DNA from: Octopus sinensis
Lineage: Eukaryota
Assembly (NCBI RefSeq): GCF_006345805.1
Contig: NC_043013.1
Location: forward strand, 46,996,001-47,060,000
Direction: 5' to 3'
Length of the DNA stretch: 64,000 nt
Program-made: the position numbers and the translations under genes
Notes under the pieces: model-generated
What the model was told of the DNA's origin: nothing
The model's database searches: none
The model's input: only the letters and a program-made list of their open reading frames with translations
In this document: positions 1 through 12,683 of the stretch, one piece after another
Layout: the number at the start of each line of letters is the position of its first letter
How positions within the stretch are numbered: position 1 is the stretch's first letter

Positions 1-145
1 AACAACGTAGCTTTCGCGACCGTACAACCGCCAGTCCATCGCGTGTGGTGGGTGGATCTTCAAGTTGCCACACGCATTCTTAGTAGCTTAGAGTAGGCTC
101 GAATTAGAGATTATTCTTTGTGGCTAATGGCGTGAGTCCTAATTG

Positions 146-530
146 GAAGAAGAAGAAGAAGAAGAAGAAAAAGAAGAGGAGGAGGAGGAGAAGAAGAAGG
201 AGAAGAAGAAGAAGAAGAAGAGGAGGAGTAAGAAGAAGAAGAAGAAGAAGAGGGGGAGGAGGACGTAGAAGAAGAAGAAGAAGAAGAGAAGAAGAGGAGG
301 AGGACGTAGAAGAAGAAGAAGAAGAAGAAGAGGAGGAGGAGGACGTAGAAGAAGAAGAAGAAGAAGAGGAGGAGGAGGACGTAGAAGAAGAAGAGGAGGA
401 AGAGGAGGAAGAGGAGGAAGAGGAGGAAGAGGAGGAAGAGGAGGAAGAGGAGGAAGAGGAGAAGAAGAAGGAGAAGAAGAAGAAGAAGAAGAAGAAGAAG
501 AAGAAGAAGAAGAAGAAGAAGAAGAAGAAG
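146..530. repeat. Compound (GAA)n/(GAG)n microsatellite with higher-order GAGGAGGAGGACGTAGAAGAAGAA units
   Basis: Direct reading; explains the K/R/E-rich ORF 120..545 and the S/P/L-rich antisense ORF. Confidence 0.95.
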
Positions 531-848
531 ACCTCACGAGCGTGAAGATCCTGAGCCGAACACCCTCACCATTAAGCCAAATGCCTTCAAATGGCGACTA
601 TTGCAATGGCGTAGAATAATAGCATGTTGCAAAAACACAAGAAAGGATGATTTTTCATGTATTCGCATAGTATTAAACTATATTTGTGTAGTATGGCGAT
701 GGTAAATGGTAGTGGTGTGTTGGAATGTATTGGTGAACTTTTCTTGTGTATTAGTTTAGTGGTGTGTTTGAGGAGACTAAAATAGTGTCGGAAATGTATA
801 AAGCACGGTTGTATTGCAATTTTGGTGTAACAGTGGTTTATTCTTAGT

Positions 849-1003
849 CTTTTACTTGTTTCAATCATTTGACTGCAGCTATGAGAAGAATTTTATTCGA
901 ACGAATCGATCCCAGTATTTGATCGGTCCGAGGCTATAGTACAAGACACTTGTCAAAAGTGCCTCGCAGTGGGGAGCAAACTTCCTACCACACAACCACG
1001 CAT
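849..1003 (-). mobile_element. Degenerate, internally deleted SINE family 2 copy
   Basis: TTTTACTTGTTTCAATCATTTGACTGC tail and CCGAGGCTATAGTACAAGACACTTG match the reverse complement of the copy at 20863-21272. Confidence 0.7.
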
Positions 1004-1594
1004 GCGCTTTGATAAATTACAAAAATGGTTTTTGTGTTTGAATCTATTGAAGCGTTGTAACGATGTAGCATTTTGGTGTATTGGAGCATACTAGGGTGTT
1101 GATTAAAGGCTTTCCAGAAATGGCTTATCCCACTTATTTGCATATTTTGGAGTAAAATATCCAGTGCTTTCTTTCTTTTTAAAGACTCTAGTACCTGAAG
1201 ATTTGACTACTATTTCTGGAAGGCCAGTGACCACATAGAAGCAGTGTCGTTGGTTCACGATTGAAGTTTCAGCTGTTACAGGTAAGGTTATTCAGAACAA
1301 TAACCATTATAATATTCTGTGGAATATTTCTCTAAGAATGGATATAGTTAAGTTTGGGGTCGCATAGGGAGCCAAAAGGATTATTTAATCAATATAATGG
1401 GAAGAAATATAATTAGATTTAATAGAATTTCTTTTAAAGAAGAATAAAGAAGAAAACTCGGATATTGAGAATGTTTCAAAATTAAATAGAGGCACGCAGT
1501 AAGGAGTGACTCTTAAACAACCCTGGGAAATTTTGCTGTACTGTTGTAGCGATGGAGTATTATGCTAAGTTGAATTATAGAAGTAGTAGTAGTA

Positions 1595-1638
<44 letters not shown>

Positions 1639-1912
1639 ACATCAGCAGTTGTGAAGGTGGCTGGGGTTGTTTGATCTCGAATCATCTCGAATGAAGTATA
1701 TATATATGATAGGTGTTTCATCCAGCGTTACGATGTCGTTTAATTTTTTTAGTCAGTGTATCTAGGAATCTATTGCCAATATGTCCTTCTTTTATATACT
1801 AAGTTGGCGGAGTGTTAACTTAAAGTTAAATTTCGCTGTTATTTCTAGCTTGTCGAGGGAGCACATAGAGGCTTTCTCATCAGCTCCAGTGCTGGTAGTT
1901 GTTAAGAAAAGC

Positions 1913-2370
1913 CACCACCACCACCACCACTACACCACCACCACCACCACCACTACCACCACCACCATCACCGCTGCTGCCGCCACCACCACCATCACTA
2001 CCATCACCACCACCACCACCAACCACCGCCGCCACCACCACCACCACACCACCACCACCACCACCACCACCACTACCACCACCACTACCACCACCACTAC
2101 CACAACCTCCACCACAGCTGCTGCCGCCGCCACCACCAGCAATGCATTACCATCACTACCACTACCGCCTCCACCACCACCACCACCACCATCTCAACCT
2201 CCACCATTACCTCCACTACCAGCACAAGTATTGCAATGTGATAAAATTGCAATGCCGGTGGTGGTGGTGATAGTGGTATTGGTGGTTGTGGAGCTGCTGT
2301 GGACGACGTCGACGATGATGATGATGATGATGATGATAATGATGATGGTGATGATGGTGGCGAGTAGGAA
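1913..2370. repeat. Compound (CAC/CCA)n, (CTA)n, (GAT)n microsatellite block
   Basis: Direct reading; source of the poly-T/H/P/V ORFs at 1781-2491. Confidence 0.95.
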
Positions 2371-2813
2371 TTGAAGCAGTTGTAAGGAATGCAATGAGTA
2401 TACCGCCTGAAAGAAAGGCCATCGTTGTAATAATATGACAAACGCCAGTCTGCCTGTCCCCTTCTGACTCCCCAAACACCGAACACACCACCTCCCGCTC
2501 CTTCTTACAACGACATTACAAATCTCCCTCTTACTGCCCTCTTCCTTTTCATTGCCATTTTATATGAGAATGTGATTCTTTGTCCAGCATTTTAGCCAAC
2601 ACTACCGCAGGCTGTCCATTGCAAACATCGATATATACTTGACCATTACTAGGCAACTGCATCTATAGTTTCAATTATGGCTATTCGTAGTGGACACAGA
2701 CGATGTCCGCCAATGTATGAAACACCTTCTACTTTCCTCCATCTATCTGGTTCCAAGGACACAATGACCGCTACTAGAATGTAATAACGTTCAACCACAC
2801 AGATCACTCTCTC

Positions 2814-2869
<56 letters not shown>

Positions 2870-2999
2870 TCTAAGAGGTTGGGTGTATGTAAAGGATGCA
2901 AATAGCAAACTGCATTTCTCACTTCATAATTATGTTCTATAACAGAGAATCGTGCTCACAAAATCACACGCATATCCGCTAATGTGCACACAGAAAATA

Positions 3000-3034
<35 letters not shown>

Positions 3035-3084
3035 GATGACGATGACGATGGTGATGATGATGATGGTGATTATTATTATTTCTA

Positions 3085-3185
3085 TTATAGGCACTAGGCC
3101 TGAAAATTTGGAGGGAGAGGGCTAACTGGTACTTATTTCATCGACCCTGAAAGGATGAAAGGCTGAGTCGACTTCGGCAGAATTT
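3085..3185 (-). mobile_element. SINE family 1 fragment
   Basis: AACTGGTACTTATTTCATCGACCCTGAAAGGATGAAAGGC...GTCGACTTCGGCAGAATT matches the reverse complement of the family 1 core. Confidence 0.7.
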
Positions 3186-3224
3186 AATAATAATAATGAT
3201 AATGATAATAATAACAACAACAAT

Positions 3225-3276
<52 letters not shown>

Positions 3277-3296
3277 CCACCACCAATAATAATAAG

Positions 3297-3706
3297 GATC
3301 TTTTCGGTTTGAACGGCAGTTTTTTCTAGCGGTGTCATATGAAATTGTCACCCTTAATTATGACCCTAGTATCGATCTATTGCATTTCAATCTGTTTTAG
3401 GGTTAGGGGTGGGGGGAATGGTATCTTTTTTTCTTCACAAATGTAAATAAACCCAATCTGTTTCTTAAACGAGGGACATATTCATACGGCACAGAATGTT
3501 GTTTACCTCAATAGACATCATTGATTGGTTGAAATTGCAGAAATTGAAGAAGAAAAAACAACAAATATCTTACAAACTATAGAATGTTCTCAATAAAGCC
3601 AAGAGAAAAAGATGTTTTAGAAACACATTCTACCAGTATACGAAATTTAAAATTTTTTAGTTACCTAGAAATTATGTTAAAAATTGCCGTTCAAACCGAA
3701 AAGATC
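3297..3706. mobile_element. MITE, copy 1 (~410 bp)
   Basis: TIRs GATCTTTTCGGTTTGAACGGCAGTTTT / AAAATTGCCGTTCAAACCGAAAAGATC; no ORF; near-identical copy at 46529-46945. Confidence 0.9.
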
Positions 3707-3999
3707 TAATAGTAATTATAACAACAACAACAACACGAATAATAACAATAATAATAATAATTTTAGCACATGGTCATCAATTTTTTTTAGAGATGGGGAA
3801 AGTCAATTACATCAACCCCCCTCCCCCCAGTGTTCAAGTGGTACTTGTTTTATCGACTCTGAAGGGTCAAAGGTAAAGTTCTTTTATTAGCCATAGTGGC
3901 GCAGAAGATGGAGATACCAGTAGGACAGATAACAATTTGTGTGAGGATTTACATAAAGGATGGGAAGAAAGAAATGGAAAAGACGACAAAATGCAATGC

Positions 4000-4529
4000 A
4001 AAGTATACAAAGTACTTGATAGCAGGAATGATGCAGTCCTCCTCACAAGAAACTCATTCATCGTAATACCGGGCCCGAAAATCCTCCGAAACAGACAATC
4101 TAGCTCCTTCTCGTAAACACTTAAAATTTCTCTGACAACGTCATCGCTCTCATCCATCATTAGATATCTATATATAGCTACCGTAAAACTTCCACCGACC
4201 GTATTACTCGGCTTGCAGAAAGCAGTTAACGCCTGACGACATCCCAGATGCCAGACACCCAATCTCGTTTCTTCCTGACCCAGGATTGCTGCTCCGTCAA
4301 AGAGATGAGCGGCGGAAAGGCGTGTCTTGCGAACGGAGACCACGTTGGCTCACCGTCCGGGAAAATCTGTAAGAGGCGTAGCCCTAGCGCATGTCTGCAC
4401 ACTAGCATCCGCGGCACGCCAAGCCCACCTCTAAGAGGGCTATGGGCTGTCTGAGAAGTGGAACACGCGCTTTCCATAGGAATCGTTAAAGTAAACGCTC
4501 CAGTCCGGCCAAACGTGTATTGGGGCAAA
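4000..4529 (-). mobile_element. L1/Tx1-like LINE fragment (region C-terminal to the RT core), frameshifted
   Basis: Minus-strand frames read CPNTRLAGLERLL*RFLWKARVPLLRQ, then HSPLRGGLGVP, then LGVWHLGCRQAL...LDCLFRRIFGPG; the FLW...GGLG pattern is typical of L1-clade ORF2. Confidence 0.65.
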
Positions 4530-5290
4530 AAAGCCCTTACCCATGAATGGTTAGTGGCCTCCGGCTTAAAATCAGAAACAGAAGGGTTTATCATAGCAGC
4601 CCAAGATCAATGCCTACCTACAAGAAACTACCAGACCAACATATTAAAGAACGGCAGCTGCCCGACATGTTGTGTATGTCAACAACAAAATGAAACCATT
4701 GATCATGTTGTCTCCATGTGCAGTCTTCTTGAGCCTACAGAGTATCTCAACATGCATGATAGAGAAGCAAAATATATTCACTGGGTAATTTGCAAAAACC
4801 TGGACCTGCTCCATGCTTGAAAATGATCACATCTCACTCCTCTGGAACTTCAGCATTCAAACTGACAGAAAGATAGATGCGAATATGCTAGACATTATAT
4901 TGAAAGACTTCAGACAAAAATCATGCCGCCTCATTGATATGACTGTTTCAATTGATATAAAGTTATCTGTCAAAACCTACCAAAAAACTGAGCAAATATA
5001 AAGATCTTGAAATAGAAATTGGCAAAAAGTGGAATCAGATTCCTACCTAGCTCAGATAGAAGGAAACCACAAAATGGCAGAAATTCAAAAGATATTGCTC
5101 TTGGGAACTGCCCATATCCTACGTAAAATACTCTATGTAATCCTATATTTTAAAACAAAATCATAATTTCCTTGTTTTCAAAAACATTCTCTAGAACAAT
5201 ACTATGTGCAAAACCAAATATATGACATCCTAGGCATAACACACCAACATGAGCTTCTAACTTGTTGTTTCTTGAGGTCTCCGGGTGAGA
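4530..5290 (+). mobile_element. R4/Dong-like LINE 3' fragment (zinc knuckle + restriction-like endonuclease + 3' UTR), decayed
   Basis: WLVASGLKSETEGFIIAAQDQ, CCVC...ETIDHVVSMC and LLWNFSIQTDRKIDANMLDIILKD...LIDMTV; stop at 5138-5140; 3' UTR shared with the copy ending near 12430. Confidence 0.85.
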
Positions 5291-5399
5291 AGTGGAGAAG
5301 TGGTGGTGGTGGTGGTGGTGGTTTAAGTGGTGATGGTGAGGATGACATCTCTGATGCTATAATATTGTTAACTGAACACTAAATGACGTAGCCAAACTA

Positions 5400-6420
5400 G
5401 GTAGGAAAGGAAAATAAAGACTGAATTTAGAAAACACAGACCAAAATCTGATATAGAAACGTTATGTATAAAAGGGATTGAAGGTTGTGGAGGCCTTATA
5501 CAACTATAAAACTACTAGAAAATATCCCCCATAGGATTACAGAACCAACGAAAACTGATACAAATAGCCACAAATTATAAGCAAAAGCAAAACACTTCTC
5601 TATCTTCAACGTTACCGAAAATATAAAGAGGTTGTAATACCTCTGACAACTATGGAGAAATGTCAAAAGCAATAAATCAACGAAGAACTAAGCTAAAACC
5701 GAAACGAAACAGATAATGTAAAATCCCAACATTGAGAAGTTCGGACTGAACAAAGACTGAAGGATGGATTTTTAATAGCAGCACAAGGTCAAAATCTCCC
5801 TTTAAGAAACCAACAAAAACATATAGTGAAGATCAAGAATAAGCATCTGCAGAATATGTGGAGATCGTGATGAAACTATAAGTCATAGTGTCTCTGACTC
5901 TCCAGTCCTGGTCATGAAGAAATATATCCAGAGACATATCAGAGTTGGAAGTTATATACACTGGAAACTGTGCCAGTACTAAGGAATGACAACGGGAAGA
6001 GGATGGTATAAACATATCTCAGCGAAGGTCTCTGAAAATGACAAAGCAGTCATATTCTGAGATATGACGATACACACAGACAGCTCAAGGCTAATAGGTC
6101 AGATATTGTTGTCAGGGACCACCATGAAAAGAAAATGCCTTCTAATCAGCATATTAGTCCCAACAGAAGACAGTGTGAGGCCTAAAGGTAGAAATAATCC
6201 CTATAATGATAGGTGCATTAGGTATGGTTAAAAAACATACTGATAAATACATTGTCAAAATACAAAGATTTACAAATATACATAATGTATAAAAAATAGA
6301 ACTGCTAGGTGCTGCACACGTCCTACTTAAATCATTTTCACAGCCGTAAAAATGATAACACTGAAACATACAGCATACATATCTAAGGTACGCAGAGAAG
6401 TGCTCAACAGTGCTGTGAAA
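5400..6420 (+). mobile_element. Second R4/Dong-like LINE fragment (older subfamily)
   Basis: Broken frames give GFLIAAQGQ, CRICGDRDETISH, HIRVGSYIHWKLC and IPIMIGALGMVKK...LLGAAHVL. Confidence 0.75.
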
Positions 6421-7328
6421 GAACGTAATAAAATAAATACAACCGAATAATAATAATTATAATTAAAACTACCTGCAACATGATAGAGAAAAGGTAAAAT
6501 GACGGTTCACACAAACGCATGCATACGCACGCACACAAGGAAAAGAAAGAAGAAACATACAGATGTTAGAGTGTGAGAAACTTTTGTTGACAGTTTTCTG
6601 TGGTGAATCTGATCTGCCATTTAAAAACTACACAAATATTTAGCTTTATGTAAACAATTACATAGTACGAGTGTATCATTTCTTCAAGTCAAGTTGTTCC
6701 TGTTGTGTAATAATAAACCAATCGTTTAACAAAGATGACAACTCAATTTCTTTCTACATTTTTCTTCATGTCTCTATTCCATGTTCTTAATTCTGCAGCA
6801 CCGCACTTCAGTGAGAAATATCTCCACTTGCACCTCATCTTGTTGATGTATTGATAACACTTATCCTTATATTTCTCCCACTTCCGGCCTATTATATATT
6901 TTTCATCTTCGTTCATTCATTTTCCTTTTGGTCACATTTTCATCTCCCTATCATAATCAACCTTAAGAAAAATGACCTATCATAGCCACGTAACAGATAT
7001 TCACTTAACAGAAGCGCAAGGGTTTATTTTTATCATTTCCAAATACTTGCATTTTCAAACATTTATAAATGCACGCATTCTCTCCTGATGACACCATAAA
7101 CTTGCTAGCATCCGGTATGCGGAGATTTCAACTGGTAGCACTTGCATCTGCAATTGTCTACAAAAAATCTAGGTGTGAATACATACAATATAGATATACA
7201 TATGCACACACCTCCATCCCCCCACACGTATGTATGTATCTTCTTCCGATTATCCCATCATGATAATCCCCATAATGCTTTTTCTCTCTCCACTTTTTCA
7301 TTCCCACTCCATCATTTTCCTCACATTC

Positions 7329-7364
7329 TTTTCTGTCGAAGAGCGTAGGTTGAAAACGTCAGAG
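7329..7364 (+). ncRNA. Degenerate minimal hammerhead-like motif (family A)
   Basis: tttt CTGTCGA a gagc gtag gtt GAAA a C GTC agag; helix II and core are damaged. Confidence 0.35.
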
Positions 7365-7550
7365 ACTTTCATTCTTCCCGAACGTAAAACTAACACACCT
7401 GCTTCTTATTCCCTTACCTGTCTTCGTCTTGTTTTCTATAGATTTGAACTATATATATATAGTTCCGGTCTTTCAAAATGTGACCTCGTGTGTACCGTTG
7501 GCGATTTTTTTCCCTCTGTCTTCCCTTCTCTGGATCTTTCCTTCTCCTAT

Positions 7551-7585
7551 GTTTCCGACGAAGAGCTCCGCTCGAAACGTTAAAC
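7551..7585 (+). ncRNA. Minimal type I hammerhead-like motif (family A; CCGACGA core)
   Basis: GTTT CCGACGA A GAGC tcc GCTC GAAA C GTT AAAC: perfect helix I (4 bp) and helix II (4 bp), palindromic AACGTT helix III; U4 replaced by C. Confidence 0.6.
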
Positions 7586-8019
7586 TCTCCTTTCCTGAGC
7601 GTCCAGTAATACTATATTTGTTCCACGTCCTCGCGTTGTTGTGTTTTTTTTTGTACTTTCTTGTTTGGAAGGCAAGGAAAAATTGTAAAAAGGCAGAAAT
7701 TGAAGGTAAATGTTAATGAAAATGGGTGTATGGAAAATTTAAAAAAATTAAAATATATATATATATATATTAATTCAACCCGGTTTTCGTCGCAATGTGA
7801 CTTTTCAAGAATTGTAAGGTGAAAAGAAAAATTTTTATAATTGCAAAAAAATAATAAATATATACAAAAATTAAAAAATAGGTACACCGATACATTGTAA
7901 AGTCTTTGTGTATCTCGAGTTCAATGATAGTTCTTGAAAAAATTACCTTGGCGGATTGAGATCCATGTGATTAAATCCATGTGGTGTTTAATTTAGGATG
8001 TTTGTTAAATGAATGTCAA

Positions 8020-8050
<31 letters not shown>

Positions 8051-8744
8051 CAGGAATAAGCATGCAAGTATATGTACGTGTACACGTATACATCATACCA
8101 CACAGTCACTTTTTATAATTGTTGTATGCTAATTCTTTTACTAAATTACGAGTACAACAGACATTAAATTTAACTATTTTATAGTATTTTGGAAAGCGAT
8201 GATCAAATAAGTGGAAGAAACGCTTATCGATACGTTTACATTTATTGATTCAAATGATATTTTACGTTTTATTTTTTCATGTGTCTGTGAATTATTATTA
8301 TTGAAGTATCAAAATTTATTTGTAACCGCGTTTCGATTTGGTGCTTGCTTTTTTGTAATTATGAATTTCATTGCAAAATAAATAAATAAATAAATAAATA
8401 AAAATAGATGATTAGTTTATAATGAAAAATTTCGCAGACTTAATTATGAACAGGAGATTTGAGGTTGTATTTATGAATTGAAACTTGCTTTTTCTTCAAA
8501 GGTTAGGAACTGATTCCACATCTGCGTCCTAGAGGGAATGAATATACTATTTAATAAAGGTTCCACCATGGAGGAGCATAGTATCAGTATTACAACATTC
8601 TAAAACAAAAAAAACAGGATATTTTGAATTATCTAACAGAAGAGAGGTACTTACTTGCATTACAAAACAGCCACACATTCACAATAACAATGGTTTCAAG
8701 TATTTCCACAAGGGAAGAAATTTGGGGGGGGGGGGATAGTTTTA

Positions 8745-8922
8745 AAAAAAATCTGAAAGGATGACAAGCAAAGTTGACCTCAGTCGGATTTAATTTATCG
8801 ACCCCAAAAGGATGAAAGGTAAAGTCGACCTCGGCGGAATTTGAACTCAAAACGTAGCGGCAGACGAAATAACGCTAAGCCTTTCACCCGGTGTGCAAAC
8901 GATTCTGCCAGCTCGCCGCCTT
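8745..8922 (-). mobile_element. SINE family 1 (tRNA-derived head), 3'-incomplete
   Basis: Reverse complement of GGCGGCGAGCTGGCAGAATCG...GAGTTCAAATTCCGCCGAGGTCGAC. Confidence 0.85.
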
Positions 8923-8940
8923 AATAATAATAAGTATATG

Positions 8941-9170
8941 GCGGCGAGCTGGCAGAAACGTTAGCACGCCGGCCGAAATGCGTAGCCGTATTTTGTCTGC
9001 CGCTACGTTCTGGGTTCAAATTCCACCGAGGTCGACTTTGACTTTCATCCTTTCGGGGTCGATAAATTAAGTACCAGTTACGCACTGGGGTCGATATAAT
9101 CGACTTAATCTGTTTGTCTGTCCTTGTTTGTCCCCTCTGTGTTTAGCCCTTTGTGGGTAGTAAAGAATAT
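8941..9170 (+). mobile_element. Full-length SINE family 1 with 14-bp TSD
   Basis: GCGGCGAGCTGGCAGAAACG head, B-box-like GGGTTCAAATTCC, tail GTAGTAAAGAAT; ATAATAAGTATATG at 8927-8940 and 9171-9184. Confidence 0.9.
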
Positions 9171-9179
9171 ATAATAAGT

Positions 9180-12100
9180 ATATGTAAACAACAAAATGAA
9201 ACCATCGATTATGTTGTCTCCATGTACATTCTTCTTGCGCCTACAGAGTGTCCCAAAAGGCATGATAGAGCAGCGCACTATATTCAGTGAGTAATTTGCA
9301 AAGACTTAGACCTGCCCCAAGATAAAAACAGGTGGGAACACAAACTATCGCCACTGCTTGAAAATGACCAAATCTCACTCCTTTGGAATTTCACCGTTCA
9401 AACTGACAGAAAGATAGATGCAAATAGGTTAGATATCATATTGAAGGATTTCAGATAAAAATCATACCACCTCATCGATATGACCGTCTCAATCAACATA
9501 AATGTATTTCTCAAGACCTACCAAAAACTAAGCAATTATAAAGATCTGGAAAGAGAAATTGGCAAAATGTGTAGGAACACAAACTATCGCCACTGCTTGA
9601 AAATGACAAATCTCACTCCTTTGGAATTTCACCGTTCAAACTGACAGAAAGATAGATGCAAATAGGTTAGATATCATATTGAAGGATTTCAGATAAAAAT
9701 CATACCACCTCATCGATATGACCGTCTCAATCAACATAAATGTATTTCTCAAGACCTACCAAAAACTAAGCAATTATAAAGATCTGGAAAGAGAAATTGG
9801 CAAAATGTGTAGGAACACAAACTATCGCCACTGCTTGAAAATGACCAAATCTCACTCCTTTGGAACTTCACCGTTCAAACTGACAGAAAGATAGATGGAA
9901 ATAGGTTAGATATCATATTGAAGGATTTCAGATAAAAATCATACCACCTCATCGATATGACCGTCTCAATCAACATAAATGTATTTCTCAAGACCTACCA
10001 AAAACTAAGCAATTATAAAGATCTGGAAAGAGAAATTGGCAAAATGTGTAGGAACACAAACTATCGCCACTGCTTGAAAATGACCAATCTCACTCCTTTG
10101 AATTTCACCGTTCAAACTGACAGAAAGATAGATGCAAATAGGTTAGATATCATATTGAAGGATTTCAGATAAAAATCATACCACCTCATCGATATGACCG
10201 TCTCAATCAACATAAATGTATTTCTCAAGACCTACCAAAAACTAAGCAATTATAAAGATCTGGAAAGAGAAATTGGCAAAATGTGTAGGAACACAAACTA
10301 TCGCCACTGCTTGAAAATGACCAAATCTCACTCCTTTGGAACTTCACCGTTCAAACTGACAGAAAGATAGATACAAATAGGTTAGATATCATATTGAAGG
10401 ATTTCAGATAAAAATCATACCACCTCATCGATATGACCGTCTCAATCAACATAAATGTATTTCTCAAGACCTACCAAAAACTAAGCAATTATAAAGATCT
10501 GGAAAGAGAAATTGGCAAAATGTGTAGGAACACAAACTATCGCCACTGCTTGAAAATGACCAAATCTCACTCCTTTGGAATTCACCGTTCAAACTGACAG
10601 AAAGATAGATGCAAATAGGTTAGATATCATATTGAAGGATTTCAGATAAAAATCATACCACCTCATCGATATGACCGTCTCAATCACATAAATGTATTTC
10701 TCAAGACCTACCAAAAACTAAGCAATTATAAAGATCTGGAAAGAGAAATTGGCAAAATGTGTAGGAACACAAACTATCGCCACTGCTTGAAAATGACCAA
10801 ATCTCACTCCTTGGAACTTCACCGTTCAAACTGACAGAAAGATAGATACAAATAGGTTAGATATCATATTGAAGGATTTCAGATAAAAATCATACCACCT
10901 CATCGATATGACCGTCTCAATCAACATAAATGTATTTCTCAAGACCTACCAAAAACTAAGCAATTATAAAGATCTGGAAAGAGAAATGGCAAAATGTGTA
11001 GGAACACAACTATCGCCACTGCTTGAAAATGACCAAATCTCACTCCTTTGGAACTTCACCGTTCAAACTGACAGAAAGATAGATGGAAATAGGTTAGATA
11101 TCATATTGAAGGATTTCAGATAAAAATCATACCACCTCATCGATATGACCGTCTCAATCAACATAAATGTATTTCTCAAGACCTACCAAAAACTAAGCAA
11201 TTATAAAGATCTGGAAAGAGAAATTGGCAAAATGTGTAGGAACACAAACTATCGCCACTGCTTGAAAATGACCAAATCTCACTCCTTTGGAATTTCACCG
11301 TTCAAACTGACAGAAAGATAGATGCAAATAGGTTAGATATCATATTGAAGGATTTCAGATAAAAATCATACCACCTCATCGATATGACCGTCTCAATCAA
11401 CATAAATGTATTTCTCAAGACCTACCAAAAACTAAGCAATTATAAAGATCTGGAAAGAGAAATTGGCAAAATGTGTAGGAACACAAACTATCGCCACTGC
11501 TTGAAAATGACAAAATCTCACTCCTTTGGAATTCACCGTTCAAACTGACAGAAAGATAGATGCAAATAGGTTAGATATCATATTGAAGGATTTCAGATAA
11601 AAATCATACCACCTCATCGATATGACCGTCTCAATCAACATAAATGTATTTCTCAAGACCTACCAAAAACTAAGCAATTATAAAGATCTGGAAAGAGAAA
11701 TTGGCAAAATGTGTAGGAACACAAACTATCGCCACTGCTTGAAAATGACCAAATCTCACTCCTTTGGAACTTCACCGTTCAAACTGACAGAAAGATAGAT
11801 ACAAATAGGTTAGACATTATATTGAAGGATTTCAGATAAAAATCATACCACCTCATCGATATGACCGTCCCAATCGACCTAAATGTCTCTCTCAAGACCT
11901 ACTAATAACTGAGCAAGTATAAAAATAGAAATTGGCAAACTGTGGAACATCAATACTAAAACAATAATTGTTGTCATTGGTGTTCTAGGAATGATAGCAA
12001 GAGGGGGAATCCAGAAATGGAAGCAATTTAAAAATAGTGATCATGGGAACTGCCCATATCTTATTAAAATATTGTCTATGTAATTCCAAAAATATTTCAA

Positions 12101-12263
12101 TCCGTAAATAATGTAAAATGTACATAACAGCAAACACTTTTTGGTGTCATCTTAACATCAGGCTTTCATCTTATAATCAAATTACTTTTAAAGCAAAATT
12201 CTAATCTACTTATGTTTTGACAGACATTCTCTAGAACAATACTCCCTGCAAAACCATATAATA

Positions 12264-12355
<92 letters not shown>

Positions 12356-12430
12356 CACTCTAATCATAACACCGACTTCTAACTTGTCTCTTGAGGTTTC
12401 TGGGTGAAACTTGGAGATAACTTTACAAAT
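9180..12430 (+). mobile_element. R4/Dong-like LINE 3' fragment containing an internal tandem array
   Basis: KQQNETIDYVVSM...RHDRAAHYIQ*VICKDLDLP before the array; C-terminus and 3' UTR after it; same subfamily as 4530-5290. Confidence 0.85.
9335..11950 (+). repeat. 11-unit tandem array of a 237-239 bp LINE endonuclease segment
   Basis: GGAACAC unit starts at about 9335, 9574, 9812, 10051, 10288, 10527, 10764, 11001, 11239, 11478 and 11715. Confidence 0.95.
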
Positions 12431-12454
12431 GCAAAGCAAAAATCCAAACATATA

Positions 12455-12589
12455 TACTACTACTACTACTAATAATAATAATAATAATATTATAATAAAT
12501 AATAATGATAATAATAATAATGATAATAATATAATAATGATAATAATAATAATAATAATAGTAATAATATAATAATAATGATAATAATG

Positions 12590-12630
<41 letters not shown>

Positions 12631-12648
12631 ATAATAATGATAATAATA

Positions 12649-12683
<35 letters not shown>

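Larger units (their letters stand above)
7290..7670 (+). mobile_element. Two adjacent related short repeats (family A; Penelope pLTR/retrozyme-like), each with a hammerhead-like motif
   Basis: Pyrimidine-rich units split by (TA)n near 7450; homologous to the minus-strand copy at 49455-49660. Confidence 0.6.

Noticed and set aside
120-545. 141-aa K/R/E-rich ORF
   Set aside because: Translation of a GAA/GAG microsatellite; no complex sequence or splice context.
1185-1281. Exon-like segment with good acceptor and CAG|GTAAGG donor
   Set aside because: Stops in all three frames, and it overlaps an old repeat motif (CTATTTCT...GACCACATAGA) also seen near 1840 and 61770.
1830-1890. Minus-strand CTGATGA...GAAA motif
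   Set aside because: No helix III/NUH or helix I complement.
1781-2491. Overlapping poly-T/H/P/V ORFs
   Set aside because: Trinucleotide repeats open in several frames on both strands.
3397-3408. Interstitial telomere
   Set aside because: Only two TTAGGG units, and they are part of the MITE in both copies.
8941-9030. tRNA gene
   Set aside because: A/B-box-like head runs into a SINE body with no acceptor stem; the same applies to all SINE heads here.
9335-11950. Regular array resembling CRISPR or a repeat-protein gene
   Set aside because: No unique spacers, eukaryotic context, and every unit has an in-frame stop; it is a LINE-derived tandem repeat.
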